A stretch of DNA of 64,000 nt from Terriglobia bacterium (GTDB lineage: Bacteria > Acidobacteriota > Terriglobia > 20CM-2-55-15): assembly GCA_963664115.2 (NCBI GenBank), contig CAXWPJ010000002.1, forward strand, positions 928,001-992,000, read 5' to 3'. The first letter of the stretch is position 1. The number at the start of each line of letters is the position of its first letter. Shown piece by piece: positions 40,046-50,252 of the stretch. Below the pieces are notes generated by a model. That model did not search any database, had not been told where the DNA came from, and saw nothing but the letters and a program-made list of their open reading frames with translations. Both the position numbers and the translations under genes were made by a program.

Positions 40046-41683
40046 ATGCTTCGCTTGCTTCGCGTCCGGCATTTCGCTCTGATCGACGAACTCGAAATCG
40101 AGTTTGAGAGCGGATTTAATCTTCTTTCCGGCGAAACCGGTGCAGGTAAATCGTTGATCGTTGATGCACTAGCCCTGATCGCGGGTGCCAAAGCGTCGGC
40201 CGACACCATCCGAAGCGGCGAAAGCCGCGCCATCGTCGAAGCCGTTTTCCAACCATCGGGTACTTTGGACCTCGCTCGAATCGGTATCGACCCGGAAGAC
40301 GAACTGGTTCTCCGGCGCGAGATCTCGGCCGACAACCGGAATCGCGTGTTCATTAATAGCCAACCCAGCACTGTGACGGCCTTGCGCACGATTGCCCCGT
40401 ACCTGGTCGATATTCACGGCCAACACGAGCAACAGACGCTGCTCGACACCTCCAAACAACTCGCAATAATCGACCACGCTGCAAAGGCGGAATCGCTCCG
40501 GGAGCGGGTTCACACACTCTATGACGCGATCCGGTCGCTGGAGGACGAACAGGCCGTCCTCGAACAGGATGAATCGGAACTCCTGCAGCGTGCGGATCTA
40601 TTGCGCTTCCAACGTGAGGAAATCGACCGGGTACAGCCCACGAAGGGAGAATCCGACCGCTTGGGAGAAAAGGTCCGGATTCTCGCACATTCAGGAAAGC
40701 TGCTTGAGGCCGCTTCGGGAGGGTACGAGGCACTTTACGAAGCAGACGCCTCGATCCTGGCTCAGTTCGCCTCGGTCGAACGGAGTATCCGCGACGCTGG
40801 AACCGACGACAAGCGCCTGGCGGATATCGCGGAACAGGCCACGACGGTACGGACTCTTGTCGAAGATCTTGCGTATACCCTCCGAGATTATCTGAACAAA
40901 CTCGAGGTCGACCCTGGGGAACTGGAGCAACTCCAGGCCCGCCTGGCAGAACTGGAGCGGCTACACCGGAAGTACGGACCTGAGCTGCTCACACACTTGG
41001 AAACGGTAAGCCAGGAACTGGACAATATAGGTCTTCGGGATAGCAAACGGATTGAAATTAAAGAACAACTGGAGAAACTGAGAACCCAATACCAGAAAGC
41101 GGCCGAGGAGCTCAGCCAACGCCGGCGGACCACCTCCGCCGGTTTCGCAAAATCTGTCACTTCTGAAATCCAATCGCTGGCCATGCCCGATGCCGAGTTC
41201 AGAATCGATTGGGCCACCCTCGACCCGGGACGGGCCACGGGCATTGACGCGCCTGCGCTGCTTCTGAAACCAAACGCGGGAGAACCCGCCGGACTCCTGG
41301 CTGAGATCGCCTCTGGAGGGGAGCTTTCGCGCGCCATGCTCGCGCTGAGGACTGTGTTGGTGGGCGAGGACACGGACCGCACGCTCGTGTTCGATGAGAT
41401 TGACGCGGGGATCGGAGGTGAAGCAGCCGAAACAGTCGGTCGAAAGCTGAAACTGCTTTCTGGCACCTATCAGGTGCTCTGCGTCACACACCTGGCCCAG
41501 ATCGCCCGCTTCGCTGATCAACATGCCCGAATCGAAAAACTCGTAGTGGATGGGCGCACAGTGACACGCGTGGAAGCGATCGGCGGCGACGGGCGTATTG
41601 AGGAGTTGGCCCGGATGATGAGCGGTCCGAATGTCAGCGACGCCGCCCGACGGCATGTCCGTGAATTGTTAAAAAGGCAATGA
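40046..41683 (+). CDS. recN: DNA repair protein RecN
   Basis: GETGAGKS, DIHGQH, ASGGELSR, FDEIDAGIGG and THLAQIA. Confidence 0.97.
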   Translation: MLRLLRVRHFALIDELEIEFESGFNLLSGETGAGKSLIVDALALIAGAKASADTIRSGESRAIVEAVFQPSGTLDLARIGIDPEDELVLRREISADNRNRVFINSQPSTVTALRTIAPYLVDIHGQHEQQTLLDTSKQLAIIDHAAKAESLRERVHTLYDAIRSLEDEQAVLEQDESELLQRADLLRFQREEIDRVQPTKGESDRLGEKVRILAHSGKLLEAASGGYEALYEADASILAQFASVERSIRDAGTDDKRLADIAEQATTVRTLVEDLAYTLRDYLNKLEVDPGELEQLQARLAELERLHRKYGPELLTHLETVSQELDNIGLRDSKRIEIKEQLEKLRTQYQKAAEELSQRRRTTSAGFAKSVTSEIQSLAMPDAEFRIDWATLDPGRATGIDAPALLLKPNAGEPAGLLAEIASGGELSRAMLALRTVLVGEDTDRTLVFDEIDAGIGGEAAETVGRKLKLLSGTYQVLCVTHLAQIARFADQHARIEKLVVDGRTVTRVEAIGGDGRIEELARMMSGPNVSDAARRHVRELLKRQ

Positions 41684-41830
41684 TTTGCAATTTCGGTGAC
41701 TAAGGATATACATTGCGAAGAAGCGCAATTGCCCGGTACCGGTCCGGCCACTCGTTTTGCCGAACCGCGGGTGCGCCCGCAGGCCGAAACTGTCAGGTAA
41801 AACTGGACCTGGACCCGTTGCCCCCAGAGG

Positions 41831-42322
41831 TTGATCTTGGAAATCGAAATGAAAATAAGGGGTCTGATGATGGATCCCATCACCAATATGCCTATCGTGA
41901 TCCTCAAGGAGGCGACGGGCAACGCCATACTCCCCATTTGGGTCGGCGTTTCCGAGGCCAACGCGATTGCTCTGGAAATAGAAAAAGTAGTCACGCCGCG
42001 CCCGATGACGCACGACCTTCTGAAGAACGTGCTGATCGGCCTGGACAGCCACGTCCAGAAGGTTGTCGTAACAACGATCCAGGACGACACCTTCTACGCG
42101 GTGATATGGATCGACAGTGACGGCCGGCTTATCTCTATCGATTCCCGCCCAAGCGATGCGCTGGCGCTGGCTCTTCGAATCGATTGCCCGATTCTGGTGG
42201 AAGACGAGGTATTGCAGAGCTCCAAGGGTCAGGCGAGCAACCTCGAGCGTAACATTACCAACGAAGACCTGAAACGTTGGCTCGACCAGAACGACGAGGA
42301 CCTGGGCAAGTACAAAATGTAG
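41831..42322 (+). CDS. Bifunctional nuclease family protein (DUF151)
   Basis: LPIWVG..EA, RPMTHDL and IDSRPSDA.ALA. Confidence 0.92.
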   Translation: MILEIEMKIRGLMMDPITNMPIVILKEATGNAILPIWVGVSEANAIALEIEKVVTPRPMTHDLLKNVLIGLDSHVQKVVVTTIQDDTFYAVIWIDSDGRLISIDSRPSDALALALRIDCPILVEDEVLQSSKGQASNLERNITNEDLKRWLDQNDEDLGKYKM

Positions 42323-42368
42323 CCGGGCTCCGATCTCAGCTCTCGATCTGAGCTATCGACCACAGGCC

Positions 42369-43346
42369 CTAGCCGCTTTGTGAGCTGTAATTGGGTGGGC
42401 TGGGACGGGTTATGGAACGTTCCGCGTTGGTGACTCGGCTCGCGAGCCGTGTGGAATCTACCAGGTTGTTGATCAGTATGTTTTCCACCCACACCCCGAC
42501 ACCGAGCTCACGCAGGGCTTCAAGACTCCCCAGATCGCTCGTGTGGATCACGATATCACCCATGAAGCTTTGATAGCGTTCAGCGACGCTGCGAACGGAC
42601 ACGTCGGTCGAACCGGTTACGGTCATCAGTTGCCCCTCATCACCGGAAACCGCTTGAGAACCGATCACGGGACTGATCGCAAGCACTCCGGCCTCGGTTC
42701 GGGACAGGGCATCCCGAATTCCAGCAACTGCGAGAATGGGGCCGATACTGAGAACCGGATCGCTGGGTGCCACTATGACCCGGGACGCTTCCATAATCGA
42801 TGCAATCACGCCCTCCGGCGCCAGCGCTGTTTCCGCTCCCTCATAGCTAACCCCTGTGGCCAGGTTCGACGTTTCATCACGAGCCAGGTACTGGGCAAGC
42901 GACCACGTTCCTTCCGAGTGATGAATGCGGCTGCAGACGCGGTCGTTGCTTGCGGGAATGATGCGGATTCCGATACCAAAACGATCCGCCAACTCAGAAG
43001 TCACCTCGTCAAGCGTGGCCCCCGCGTTCAACAGCTTGGACCGTACGAGTTGTGTGGCCATCTCATGGTCACCGATCCGCGTCTTCGACCTTAAACCTAA
43101 TTTCCGTATCGTATCCTGGCAGTTGTACGTTTCATTCGGCCGATCCCATCCCCGATAGGGATCCACTTCGCCGGCCAGCGAATAGAGGATACGGTCGATG
43201 TCCGGACTGATGTGGAGGCCCCACATTTCATAATCATCGGCAACGTTGACAATGACGTGAATGTCCTCTTCCGGAATGACATCGACCAGACCCACGAGGA
43301 ACTTCACCGCCCCGCCCCCGCCCGCCAATACCGTCACATGACTCAT
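42369..43346 (-). CDS. CofD-like 2-phospho-L-lactate transferase (CofD/UPF0052 family)
   Basis: VLAGGGG, VNVADD, GLHISPDID..YSLAG and P..SIGPIL. Confidence 0.8.
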   Translation of the reverse strand: MSHVTVLAGGGGAVKFLVGLVDVIPEEDIHVIVNVADDYEMWGLHISPDIDRILYSLAGEVDPYRGWDRPNETYNCQDTIRKLGLRSKTRIGDHEMATQLVRSKLLNAGATLDEVTSELADRFGIGIRIIPASNDRVCSRIHHSEGTWSLAQYLARDETSNLATGVSYEGAETALAPEGVIASIMEASRVIVAPSDPVLSIGPILAVAGIRDALSRTEAGVLAISPVIGSQAVSGDEGQLMTVTGSTDVSVRSVAERYQSFMGDIVIHTSDLGSLEALRELGVGVWVENILINNLVDSTRLASRVTNAERSITRPSPPNYSSQSG

Positions 43347-43428
43347 GAAGTGGATATGTCCTCTTTCGCTTCAGCTATTCAACCGAGCCCAGCGTCCAAT
43401 GCGACACAAGTATACCCCTCGCTAAACG

Positions 43429-44343
43429 TCAGGGCTTCAACCCCGCACTGGGGAATGCCGCGCTGAGAAACTCAAAAACCGTATCCAGATACAGCTTCGG
43501 AGCCTGGCTGAACGCGCGTCCATGACCCGCCCCTTCGATGATGAGAACCTCGCTCAAGGGATTCGCCGAAGCCTCGTACAAGCGCTGGGCCCGATCGCGC
43601 GGCATCCGGCGATCCTCACTCCCGGCAATGAACAACACCGGCACTTCCGGAAGGGCTGCCACCGCACGCTCGACATCGCCATCCTCGAGTTCGAATCCCA
43701 TCCGCATCCGTGTCAGGAAAATCAGCAGAGTCGCAACGGGAAACTCGGGCAAACGGAATATGAGACCGACGTGATGGGAGACGGTTTCTTCAAAAGAAAG
43801 AAACGCGCTATCGGAAACCACCGCGCCCACCGCTCTGCACTGCGCCGCTCCCAGCAGGGCGGTCGATCCTCCCAGCGATACCCCCCAAAAAATCTTCTCC
43901 CTTCCAGGGGAAAGCATCTCGATGAACTGAGCTCCGGCACAGACATCCTGACTTTCATCGATACCTAAGGTCGTGTAGGCGTCGCCGCTTTCGCCATGAT
44001 TCCGATATTCGAGCAGGAGCGTCCCATAGCCACGCTGGCGGGCCTCACCCGCGCGCACCAGCAATTCCTGGCGCGACCGGTTCAAGCCGTGCACGAAAAC
44101 GATTGCGGGTTGGTCACTCTCTCCGGGGTCCCACCACGCTCGAAGCCGAACACCATCGGGCGCGCTGAATTCCACGTCGCTTACCGACAGCCCGACCGCC
44201 TCAGGGACGATCGGGTCGGGTTCCGGAAAGCGGAATCGGCTATTGGTGATCAGAAAGGAACCGCCGACGGGTATGACGACCAAGGGGACCAGCACAATGA
44301 TGGCCAGGATGGACAACAGCAGACGCTTTGCCCACCGGTTCAT
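43429..44343 (-). CDS. Membrane-anchored alpha/beta hydrolase
   Basis: Catalytic triad pattern GVSLG, GSED and GAGH; N-terminal TM. Confidence 0.9.
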   Translation of the reverse strand: MNRWAKRLLLSILAIIVLVPLVVIPVGGSFLITNSRFRFPEPDPIVPEAVGLSVSDVEFSAPDGVRLRAWWDPGESDQPAIVFVHGLNRSRQELLVRAGEARQRGYGTLLLEYRNHGESGDAYTTLGIDESQDVCAGAQFIEMLSPGREKIFWGVSLGGSTALLGAAQCRAVGAVVSDSAFLSFEETVSHHVGLIFRLPEFPVATLLIFLTRMRMGFELEDGDVERAVAALPEVPVLFIAGSEDRRMPRDRAQRLYEASANPLSEVLIIEGAGHGRAFSQAPKLYLDTVFEFLSAAFPSAGLKP

Positions 44344-44353
44344 CGCTTTTCAC

Positions 44354-44986
44354 TCACCTAAGGCTCGCCACCGGTGCATTTATATCAGGAGTTTCTCGCT
44401 CGATCGTCGCTTGAAGGCTCGCCAGAACTTCATCCGTACCTTCGGCAAGCACCTCATAGATCACGTCTGCCGGGGGTGTCATGGTGACAATTCCATCGAT
44501 CGTGTAACGTCGCTTTTGCTGGGCTTCAACGATATCCGTCAGTACGATTAGGAGGGGCAGGGACTCCCCGTTCCGATGGATTACAAGGCGGCGGCCCAGA
44601 AAATCCGATACGACTTCTCCGGTTCGTTCAGGTTCTATGCGGACTCGAAACTCCACCGGTATTTCTCGAACAGGTGCCGTCGATACATTTTCCACGATGA
44701 GACTTAAATGATGCCAGAAGATATTTTCCTCGGGCCTTCCGGACTCGCCCTCGAGTTCAAGTTCGAGATGGATCTGGGAGTAATCAACATTGGACTGGCG
44801 CGGTTGGACGATCCATACCAGGAAAAGAATGAAGAGCACGCCCGCATACGGATACGGGCTTTCCAGCCGCAACATTCGAACCAGAGCCTGGGTCCGTGGC
44901 GGGGTCGCGGTTGAGAGGCGTTTCCCACACTTTGAGCAGTATTCGCTGTCTGACTGAATCGAAGCGCCACAGTATCTACAAAACAT
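44354..44986 (-). CDS. Zinc-ribbon membrane protein
   Basis: CRYCG...CSKCG, one TM, then a soluble domain; TGATG overlap with the hemF stop. Confidence 0.75.
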   Translation of the reverse strand: MFCRYCGASIQSDSEYCSKCGKRLSTATPPRTQALVRMLRLESPYPYAGVLFILFLVWIVQPRQSNVDYSQIHLELELEGESGRPEENIFWHHLSLIVENVSTAPVREIPVEFRVRIEPERTGEVVSDFLGRRLVIHRNGESLPLLIVLTDIVEAQQKRRYTIDGIVTMTPPADVIYEVLAEGTDEVLASLQATIERETPDINAPVASLR

Positions 44987-45861
44987 CAGGCCCAATCCCG
45001 TGGTTGGAAATAAGTCATCGCTGCGTCTTCGACGCTGCCGGACTCCGGATGGTAGTCATAAACCCAACGGGCCATCGGCGGAAGACTCATCAATATGGAT
45101 TCGGTACGACCTCGAGTTTTCAACCCGAAGATCGTTCCGCGGTCGTATACCAGATTGAACTCCGCATAGCGCCCGCGTCGTAACGCCTGGAACTCTGTCT
45201 CACGCTCTCCGTAAGCCACATCTCGCTGCTTTTCCACGATCGGTGTGTATGCAGGCAGAAAAGCGTTTCCCACCGATCGCACGAAGGAGAATATCTCATT
45301 CAAATCCCCTTGGAGATAGTCAAAGAAAACGCCCCCAATGCCACGCATCTCGCTCCTGTGACGAATCGTAAAGTATTCGTCACACCACTTCTTGAAACGC
45401 GGATAGTATTCCCCATCGTGGCCGTCACATGCCGACTTCAAGGTCTCGTGAAAGTGCTTACAGTCCGCCGGGTCGGGATAGCACGGCGTCAAATCCGTAC
45501 CTCCGCCAAACCACGCGGCATCGCCCTTTTCCAGATATCGAAAATTCGCGTGGACAATCGGAACTCGCGGGTTGCGAGGGTGAATCACCAGGGACAGGCC
45601 AGCGGCAAAGAACTCGGTGCCTTCTCCCAGCGGAATCTCGTCGGCGAATTCTTCAGGAAGATTTCCGTGAACGCGGGAGAAACTGACACCCCCCTTCTCG
45701 AAGACCTGGCCTTCTTCGAGAACTCGTGTGCGACCGCCACCACCACCATCCCGTTCCCAGAGATCCTCACGAAACGGCTGACCATCGATCCGCGACAAGG
45801 TCTCCGTAATGCGGTCCTGCAACTCCATGAAATAGTCCGCAGCATCATCTCGTAGCGACAT
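44986..45861 (-). CDS. hemF: Oxygen-dependent coproporphyrinogen III oxidase
   Basis: FEKGGV, H.NFRY, WFGGG.DLTP and RRGRYAEFNLVYDRGT. Start trimmed to MSLRDD. Confidence 0.96.
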   Translation of the reverse strand: MSLRDDAADYFMELQDRITETLSRIDGQPFREDLWERDGGGGGRTRVLEEGQVFEKGGVSFSRVHGNLPEEFADEIPLGEGTEFFAAGLSLVIHPRNPRVPIVHANFRYLEKGDAAWFGGGTDLTPCYPDPADCKHFHETLKSACDGHDGEYYPRFKKWCDEYFTIRHRSEMRGIGGVFFDYLQGDLNEIFSFVRSVGNAFLPAYTPIVEKQRDVAYGERETEFQALRRGRYAEFNLVYDRGTIFGLKTRGRTESILMSLPPMARWVYDYHPESGSVEDAAMTYFQPRDWA

Positions 45862-45987
45862 GCTGTCATGATAACGCGGATTGAGTCGTGCCGTAATTAG
45901 TTCAATACTCGAAGAGCCGTGCCTCAAACAGAGCACGGCGGTTGAACACCAATAACTCTTGAAGTAAGATGCGCCCAACGAACGCTC

Positions 45988-47355
45988 ATGCCCAAGGCTC
46001 TTGATTCTTATGTCGAATCCGTTCGCGGGGAATTCGAAGCGAAGCTCCGGGAGTGGGTAGAAATACCGACGATTAGCGTGTCCCCGGACCATCGGTCCGA
46101 TATCGATAGAGGGGTCGACGCTGCCGTTGGGTATCTTCGCCAGCTCGGCGCCCAGGCTGATGTGGTTCAGACACCTGGCAACCCTGTCGTCTGGGGCAGG
46201 TTTGAAACCGACCCTGCCCACCCTACCGTAACGGTCTACAACCACCTCGATGTTCAACCGGCAAACGAACCGGAATGGAAAAGTACCCCGTTCCAGATGC
46301 AGATCGAATCGGACACCTACATCGGGCGTGGCACGACCGATGACAAAGGGCCCGCGTTGGCTGCTCTGATGGGCGCCCGCTACTCCATTGAAAACGGCAC
46401 ACCGCTGAACGTCCAGTTCATCTGGGAATTCGAGGAAGAAATCGGCAGCCCCAACTTCGAGGATTTCATCAAAAACCAGCGCACCGGTCTGAAGACAGAC
46501 TCCGTTGTCATATCCGACACGATTTGGATTTCCAGGGACCGGCCCGCCATCCCCTTCGGTTTGCGCGGCCTCCTTTCGATCCGTGTCTATCTGGAAACGG
46601 GCACCCGGGACGTTCATTCAGGTCTGACAGGAGGCGCAGCCCGGAATCCACTGACCGAACTCTGCACATTGATTGCGGACTGCTATGACCTTGAAACACA
46701 GCAGATCAACATACCCGGTTTTTACGAAAACGTCCTTCCCGTGGACGAGGAGGAAATTCAAGGATTTCTCGATTCGGGCTTCGACCCGGAAGTGTTCCGT
46801 GAAGCCCACGGCTTAACAAGAATGAAATCAACAGGGGCCGAGGCACTGGTGCGGCGCGTGTGGACGCGGCCAACATTCGAGGTGCATGGCATCGTCGGGG
46901 GCTATAGCGGACCCGGCGTCAAAACCTCGATTCCTCCACGCGCCGAAGCGAAGATCAGTATGCGTCTGGTGCCCGACCAGTCCCCGGAGAAACAGTTTGA
47001 GTTAGTAAAGTCGTTCATGCAGGAACAAAACCCGGACGTTCGGGTGGAACTGGACTCGACGCTGGCCCCTTTTCTGGGAAGCCCGACGGGCCCCTACGCC
47101 GAAGCGGCCAGCGAGGCCATGCGGAGCGCCTTCGGACGCAATCCCGCCCCGGTTCGCGAGGGTGGGTCCATAGGCGCCGTCGTCACAATGCGCGATTACC
47201 TGAAAGCGCCGATTCTCTTTCTGGGTCTCAGCCTCCCCGAACACGGCTACCACTCCGCCAACGAGAACTTTGACTGGCGTCAAACCGCCGGTGGAATCCG
47301 GATGTTCGCCCGATACTTCGAAAACCTCTCGAAGCTAGGGGGCCAAGCCAGTTAG
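45988..47355 (+). CDS. M20/M25/M40 metallo-dipeptidase
   Basis: YNHLDVQP, GRGTTDDKG, EEEIGS and HSANE. Confidence 0.92.
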   Translation: MPKALDSYVESVRGEFEAKLREWVEIPTISVSPDHRSDIDRGVDAAVGYLRQLGAQADVVQTPGNPVVWGRFETDPAHPTVTVYNHLDVQPANEPEWKSTPFQMQIESDTYIGRGTTDDKGPALAALMGARYSIENGTPLNVQFIWEFEEEIGSPNFEDFIKNQRTGLKTDSVVISDTIWISRDRPAIPFGLRGLLSIRVYLETGTRDVHSGLTGGAARNPLTELCTLIADCYDLETQQINIPGFYENVLPVDEEEIQGFLDSGFDPEVFREAHGLTRMKSTGAEALVRRVWTRPTFEVHGIVGGYSGPGVKTSIPPRAEAKISMRLVPDQSPEKQFELVKSFMQEQNPDVRVELDSTLAPFLGSPTGPYAEAASEAMRSAFGRNPAPVREGGSIGAVVTMRDYLKAPILFLGLSLPEHGYHSANENFDWRQTAGGIRMFARYFENLSKLGGQAS

Positions 47356-48515
47356 TGCGGAATGAGATTGCGGGCGACGATGTCCCAATAGCTCTGATGC
47401 CGCCCATCCCGGGCATCGTCGAGGAACCCTGCCACATGTTGGATTAGGCTCGTGGGACGGTGGTCCGGCAGGTTTTGTGGATGGGGCCGGCCAAAGGTCG
47501 GGAAGTAGGATCGGATAAAGACCGCGTCATCGGTGAACCCGAAGGCACGCACGTTGGCCACATAGTCGCGCCACTCGGGTAAATCGAATAAGTAGAACTC
47601 GACGTTGGACGTGTAAAAAACAGACACCTCCAGACCCTTTGCCTCCAAAAACGTTGCCGCCGCTCGCAGGGCATGCAGCCCGGCAAAATCTCCTACAATC
47701 GGAATAATGCGGTTTTCTCTTTGAAGCTGCTGCAATCGGGAAAACAGCGTGTCATCCGACAGGTAGTTCTGGTACTGACCGTCCACGTCGGTCTCGCGGA
47801 TCAACTCCTCAAACGTCGGGTAGCCGGGTCTTGGCCGTCCCAGTGTGGAAAACCGCATTCCGAGACCGGCCTCAAAAAACGAGCGGTAAACGTACTCGAT
47901 CCGTTCGAGATCCAACCCGGTCAGCGACAATTCATAATCCTCACCGAGAACCCGAATAACGTTTTCGATGTTGCGGTCGAACAAACCCGGATCGGGAGAG
48001 GCCGTTCTCACAGCGAACAGCATGTCTGCAAACTCAGTCTCGCCTTCTTGCGGAGCGCAATTCCTTGACAAGAGTTGACAGAGAAAGTCGTGCCGGTCCC
48101 GGGCTTCCTCGATCAGAACTTTGAACAGGAGATGCTGCAACATGTTCTGCCGCCGGATGTCGGCAATGATGGCAATCGAAGGCTGGGCATGGACGATGTA
48201 TGTGAAGTTCTGATCCGGACCCACTCCAATGTAGGCACCACCTGTGAGCACATTCTCCCGCAGGCTTGGAACGACGTGCATATAGGACGTTTCGTTGGAG
48301 ATGAAGTTGTCAGTGTCGAAATAACCCTCGGGCTCGGAGAGATCTTCGATCAACGCGGCAAATTCCGTCCGCGTGATCTGGACTTGAACACGGGTCCTTG
48401 AGGTTTCGCCGAATGGGGAGCGCCCCCCGAACCCGATGAAAATGAGCCCCAGCCCTAGCGTCAGGCCGAGGAATACCCACAGCCACTGGCTGACGGAGTG
48501 CTTGGCGTTGGACAC
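47352..48515 (-). CDS. Conserved hypothetical membrane-anchored protein
   Basis: N-terminal TM; LSEPEGYFDTDNFISNE, YIGVGPDQNFTY and FYTSNVEFYL blocks. Confidence 0.7.
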   Translation of the reverse strand: MSNAKHSVSQWLWVFLGLTLGLGLIFIGFGGRSPFGETSRTRVQVQITRTEFAALIEDLSEPEGYFDTDNFISNETSYMHVVPSLRENVLTGGAYIGVGPDQNFTYIVHAQPSIAIIADIRRQNMLQHLLFKVLIEEARDRHDFLCQLLSRNCAPQEGETEFADMLFAVRTASPDPGLFDRNIENVIRVLGEDYELSLTGLDLERIEYVYRSFFEAGLGMRFSTLGRPRPGYPTFEELIRETDVDGQYQNYLSDDTLFSRLQQLQRENRIIPIVGDFAGLHALRAAATFLEAKGLEVSVFYTSNVEFYLFDLPEWRDYVANVRAFGFTDDAVFIRSYFPTFGRPHPQNLPDHRPTSLIQHVAGFLDDARDGRHQSYWDIVARNLIPH

Positions 48516-48575
48516 GGTCTCTGGAGGATACTACGACCGTGCAGTTTCAAAGATGCCCGATGAAGGGGCGATCAC

Positions 48576-48893
48576 CTAGCTGACTGGTCGGCTCACCAAA
48601 CTTGCACGCTTACCCAAGAGCAAATCGATGATGAGCCCGACCCGGCAAGGCCACTGTCGGCCATTGTTCAGATGGAGGGTGAGATCGGCATTCTCTTGAA
48701 GCAGAGCCCACAGATCGATTTCGCTTTCGACTCTGATATCCGCACGCACATCGTTTGACTGCGCGAGATCGGATGCCGAATCGGAAAAGGCCGAGGAGTT
48801 AAATCCGTAGACGACACTCCCCAGGCATTCATCTCCCTGGTGAAGTTCGCCCTCACCGGTAATCGATTGGACGACTTCTAATGTCTTAGCCAT
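48576..48893 (-). CDS. Hypothetical protein
   Basis: AAGGAGG RBS before MAKTLEV; no recognised motif. Confidence 0.5.
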   Translation of the reverse strand: MAKTLEVVQSITGEGELHQGDECLGSVVYGFNSSAFSDSASDLAQSNDVRADIRVESEIDLWALLQENADLTLHLNNGRQWPCRVGLIIDLLLGKRASLVSRPVS

Positions 48894-49013
48894 CGCAAGA
48901 GCCTCCTTACTCTTTCTCTTCCGGCACCGTCTTTTCTGGAACCATCGCCTGGCGCAAATCCTGCGCGCCAACTCAAGATTGAACTACCTGGCGGACAGAT
49001 GAGGTCCTCAGCT

Positions 49014-50078
49014 CTAGCCCTCTGAGGCTAAGGCCTTTTCGAAACTCTGAGCAAAATAGTCGATTTCCTCATCGGTCAGGTGGCCGACGTGACCAATGCG
49101 GAAGATCTTACCGTTCAACTTCCCAGGTGCGCCTGCGATCACGATGGAATACTCATCCCGTAATCGCTCGATAACACGCTGGATGTCGAACGACGGAGGG
49201 GCGATGCATCCGGTGATACCGTTGCCGGGCCGTTTTGCGTAAACCTCCAGGCCGTTTCCTTCGACAAGGCCGCGAATGCGCTCGGCCACTGCAGCACGTC
49301 GTTTGTAGACACCCCCGGGACCCATCTCGTCAATCCAGTCGAGTGCCGCATCCAGCTGGTGCATCAGGGAGAGAGGCGGAGTGACGGGAACCTTGGCGAG
49401 GTAGGAAGACCAGTCCCATGTGAAGCGGGGTGACAGCGCCGTCTTCGACCGCTCCCAGGCGCGGGAGCCCACGGCGACGAGTCCCAGGCCGGGTGGTAAC
49501 ATCAGGCCCTTTTGTGAGCCGACCACGACAGCGTCAATATTCCAACCATCCATATCCAGTGGTGAGATTGCGAGGCCCGACACAGCATCGGCAACGAGCC
49601 ACTTGTTTTGGTCCCGCACAGCCTGTCCAATCGCGTCAAGCTCGATGAGGACCCCGGTGGAGCTCTCGCTCCACGTGACGTAGACGACTGAGGCGTCCGG
49701 CCAGCGATCCATCGCCCGGCGAACATCGTCGAGGGAAGGCCCGTGTCGCCAATCCGTTTCCGCTTGATGCGCCTTGAGGCCGAATGCTTCGCCGATCGCT
49801 GCCCAGCGTTCGGCAAACACCCCACCGATCATCACGATGATCTCGTCTCCAGGAGAGTTCATGTTCACAATGGCCGATTCCATCGCACCAGTGCCGGGAC
49901 TGGAAAGGAACAGAATGTCGGATGAGGTACCAAAGAGAGGCTGGACACGGGATTCCAGGCGGGCCCTGAACTGCATGTACTCGGGCGACCGGTGAGCAAA
50001 CAGCGGCCTCTCCCCGGCCTTTGCCACACGGGCCGGAATCTGCATCGGGCCTGGCAAAAGAAGTAAGAAACGTTTCAC
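49014..50078 (-). CDS. Class V PLP aminotransferase (alanine/serine-glyoxylate type)
   Basis: LLPGP, GTGAME, ESSTG, DAVS, GSQKGLMLPPG and FRIGH. Confidence 0.92.
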   Translation of the reverse strand: MKRFLLLLPGPMQIPARVAKAGERPLFAHRSPEYMQFRARLESRVQPLFGTSSDILFLSSPGTGAMESAIVNMNSPGDEIIVMIGGVFAERWAAIGEAFGLKAHQAETDWRHGPSLDDVRRAMDRWPDASVVYVTWSESSTGVLIELDAIGQAVRDQNKWLVADAVSGLAISPLDMDGWNIDAVVVGSQKGLMLPPGLGLVAVGSRAWERSKTALSPRFTWDWSSYLAKVPVTPPLSLMHQLDAALDWIDEMGPGGVYKRRAAVAERIRGLVEGNGLEVYAKRPGNGITGCIAPPSFDIQRVIERLRDEYSIVIAGAPGKLNGKIFRIGHVGHLTDEEIDYFAQSFEKALASEG

Positions 50079-50252
50079 GATCAGTACCTCCGATCCTGGT
50101 CGCAGCTAAAAGGCCACCGACCGGGTCACTTTTTCCATGCCTATTAGAACATGCCCCATTGGAGGATTTTCCAATTAGGAAACACACGGGGACCCACGAA
50201 ATTCGGGTCTAAATACACGTAATCTCCCCTAATCCGTGTACCCTGTTTAGTT

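Noticed and set aside
41735-41815. Possible SRP RNA (contains GTCAGGT)
   Set aside because: Lacks the conserved CCGGAAGGAAGCAGC domain IV loop; kept only as a generic structure.
45862-46617. Apparent 250-aa N-terminal extension of HemF
   Set aside because: It is the antisense of the M20 peptidase; HemF similarity begins at 45861.
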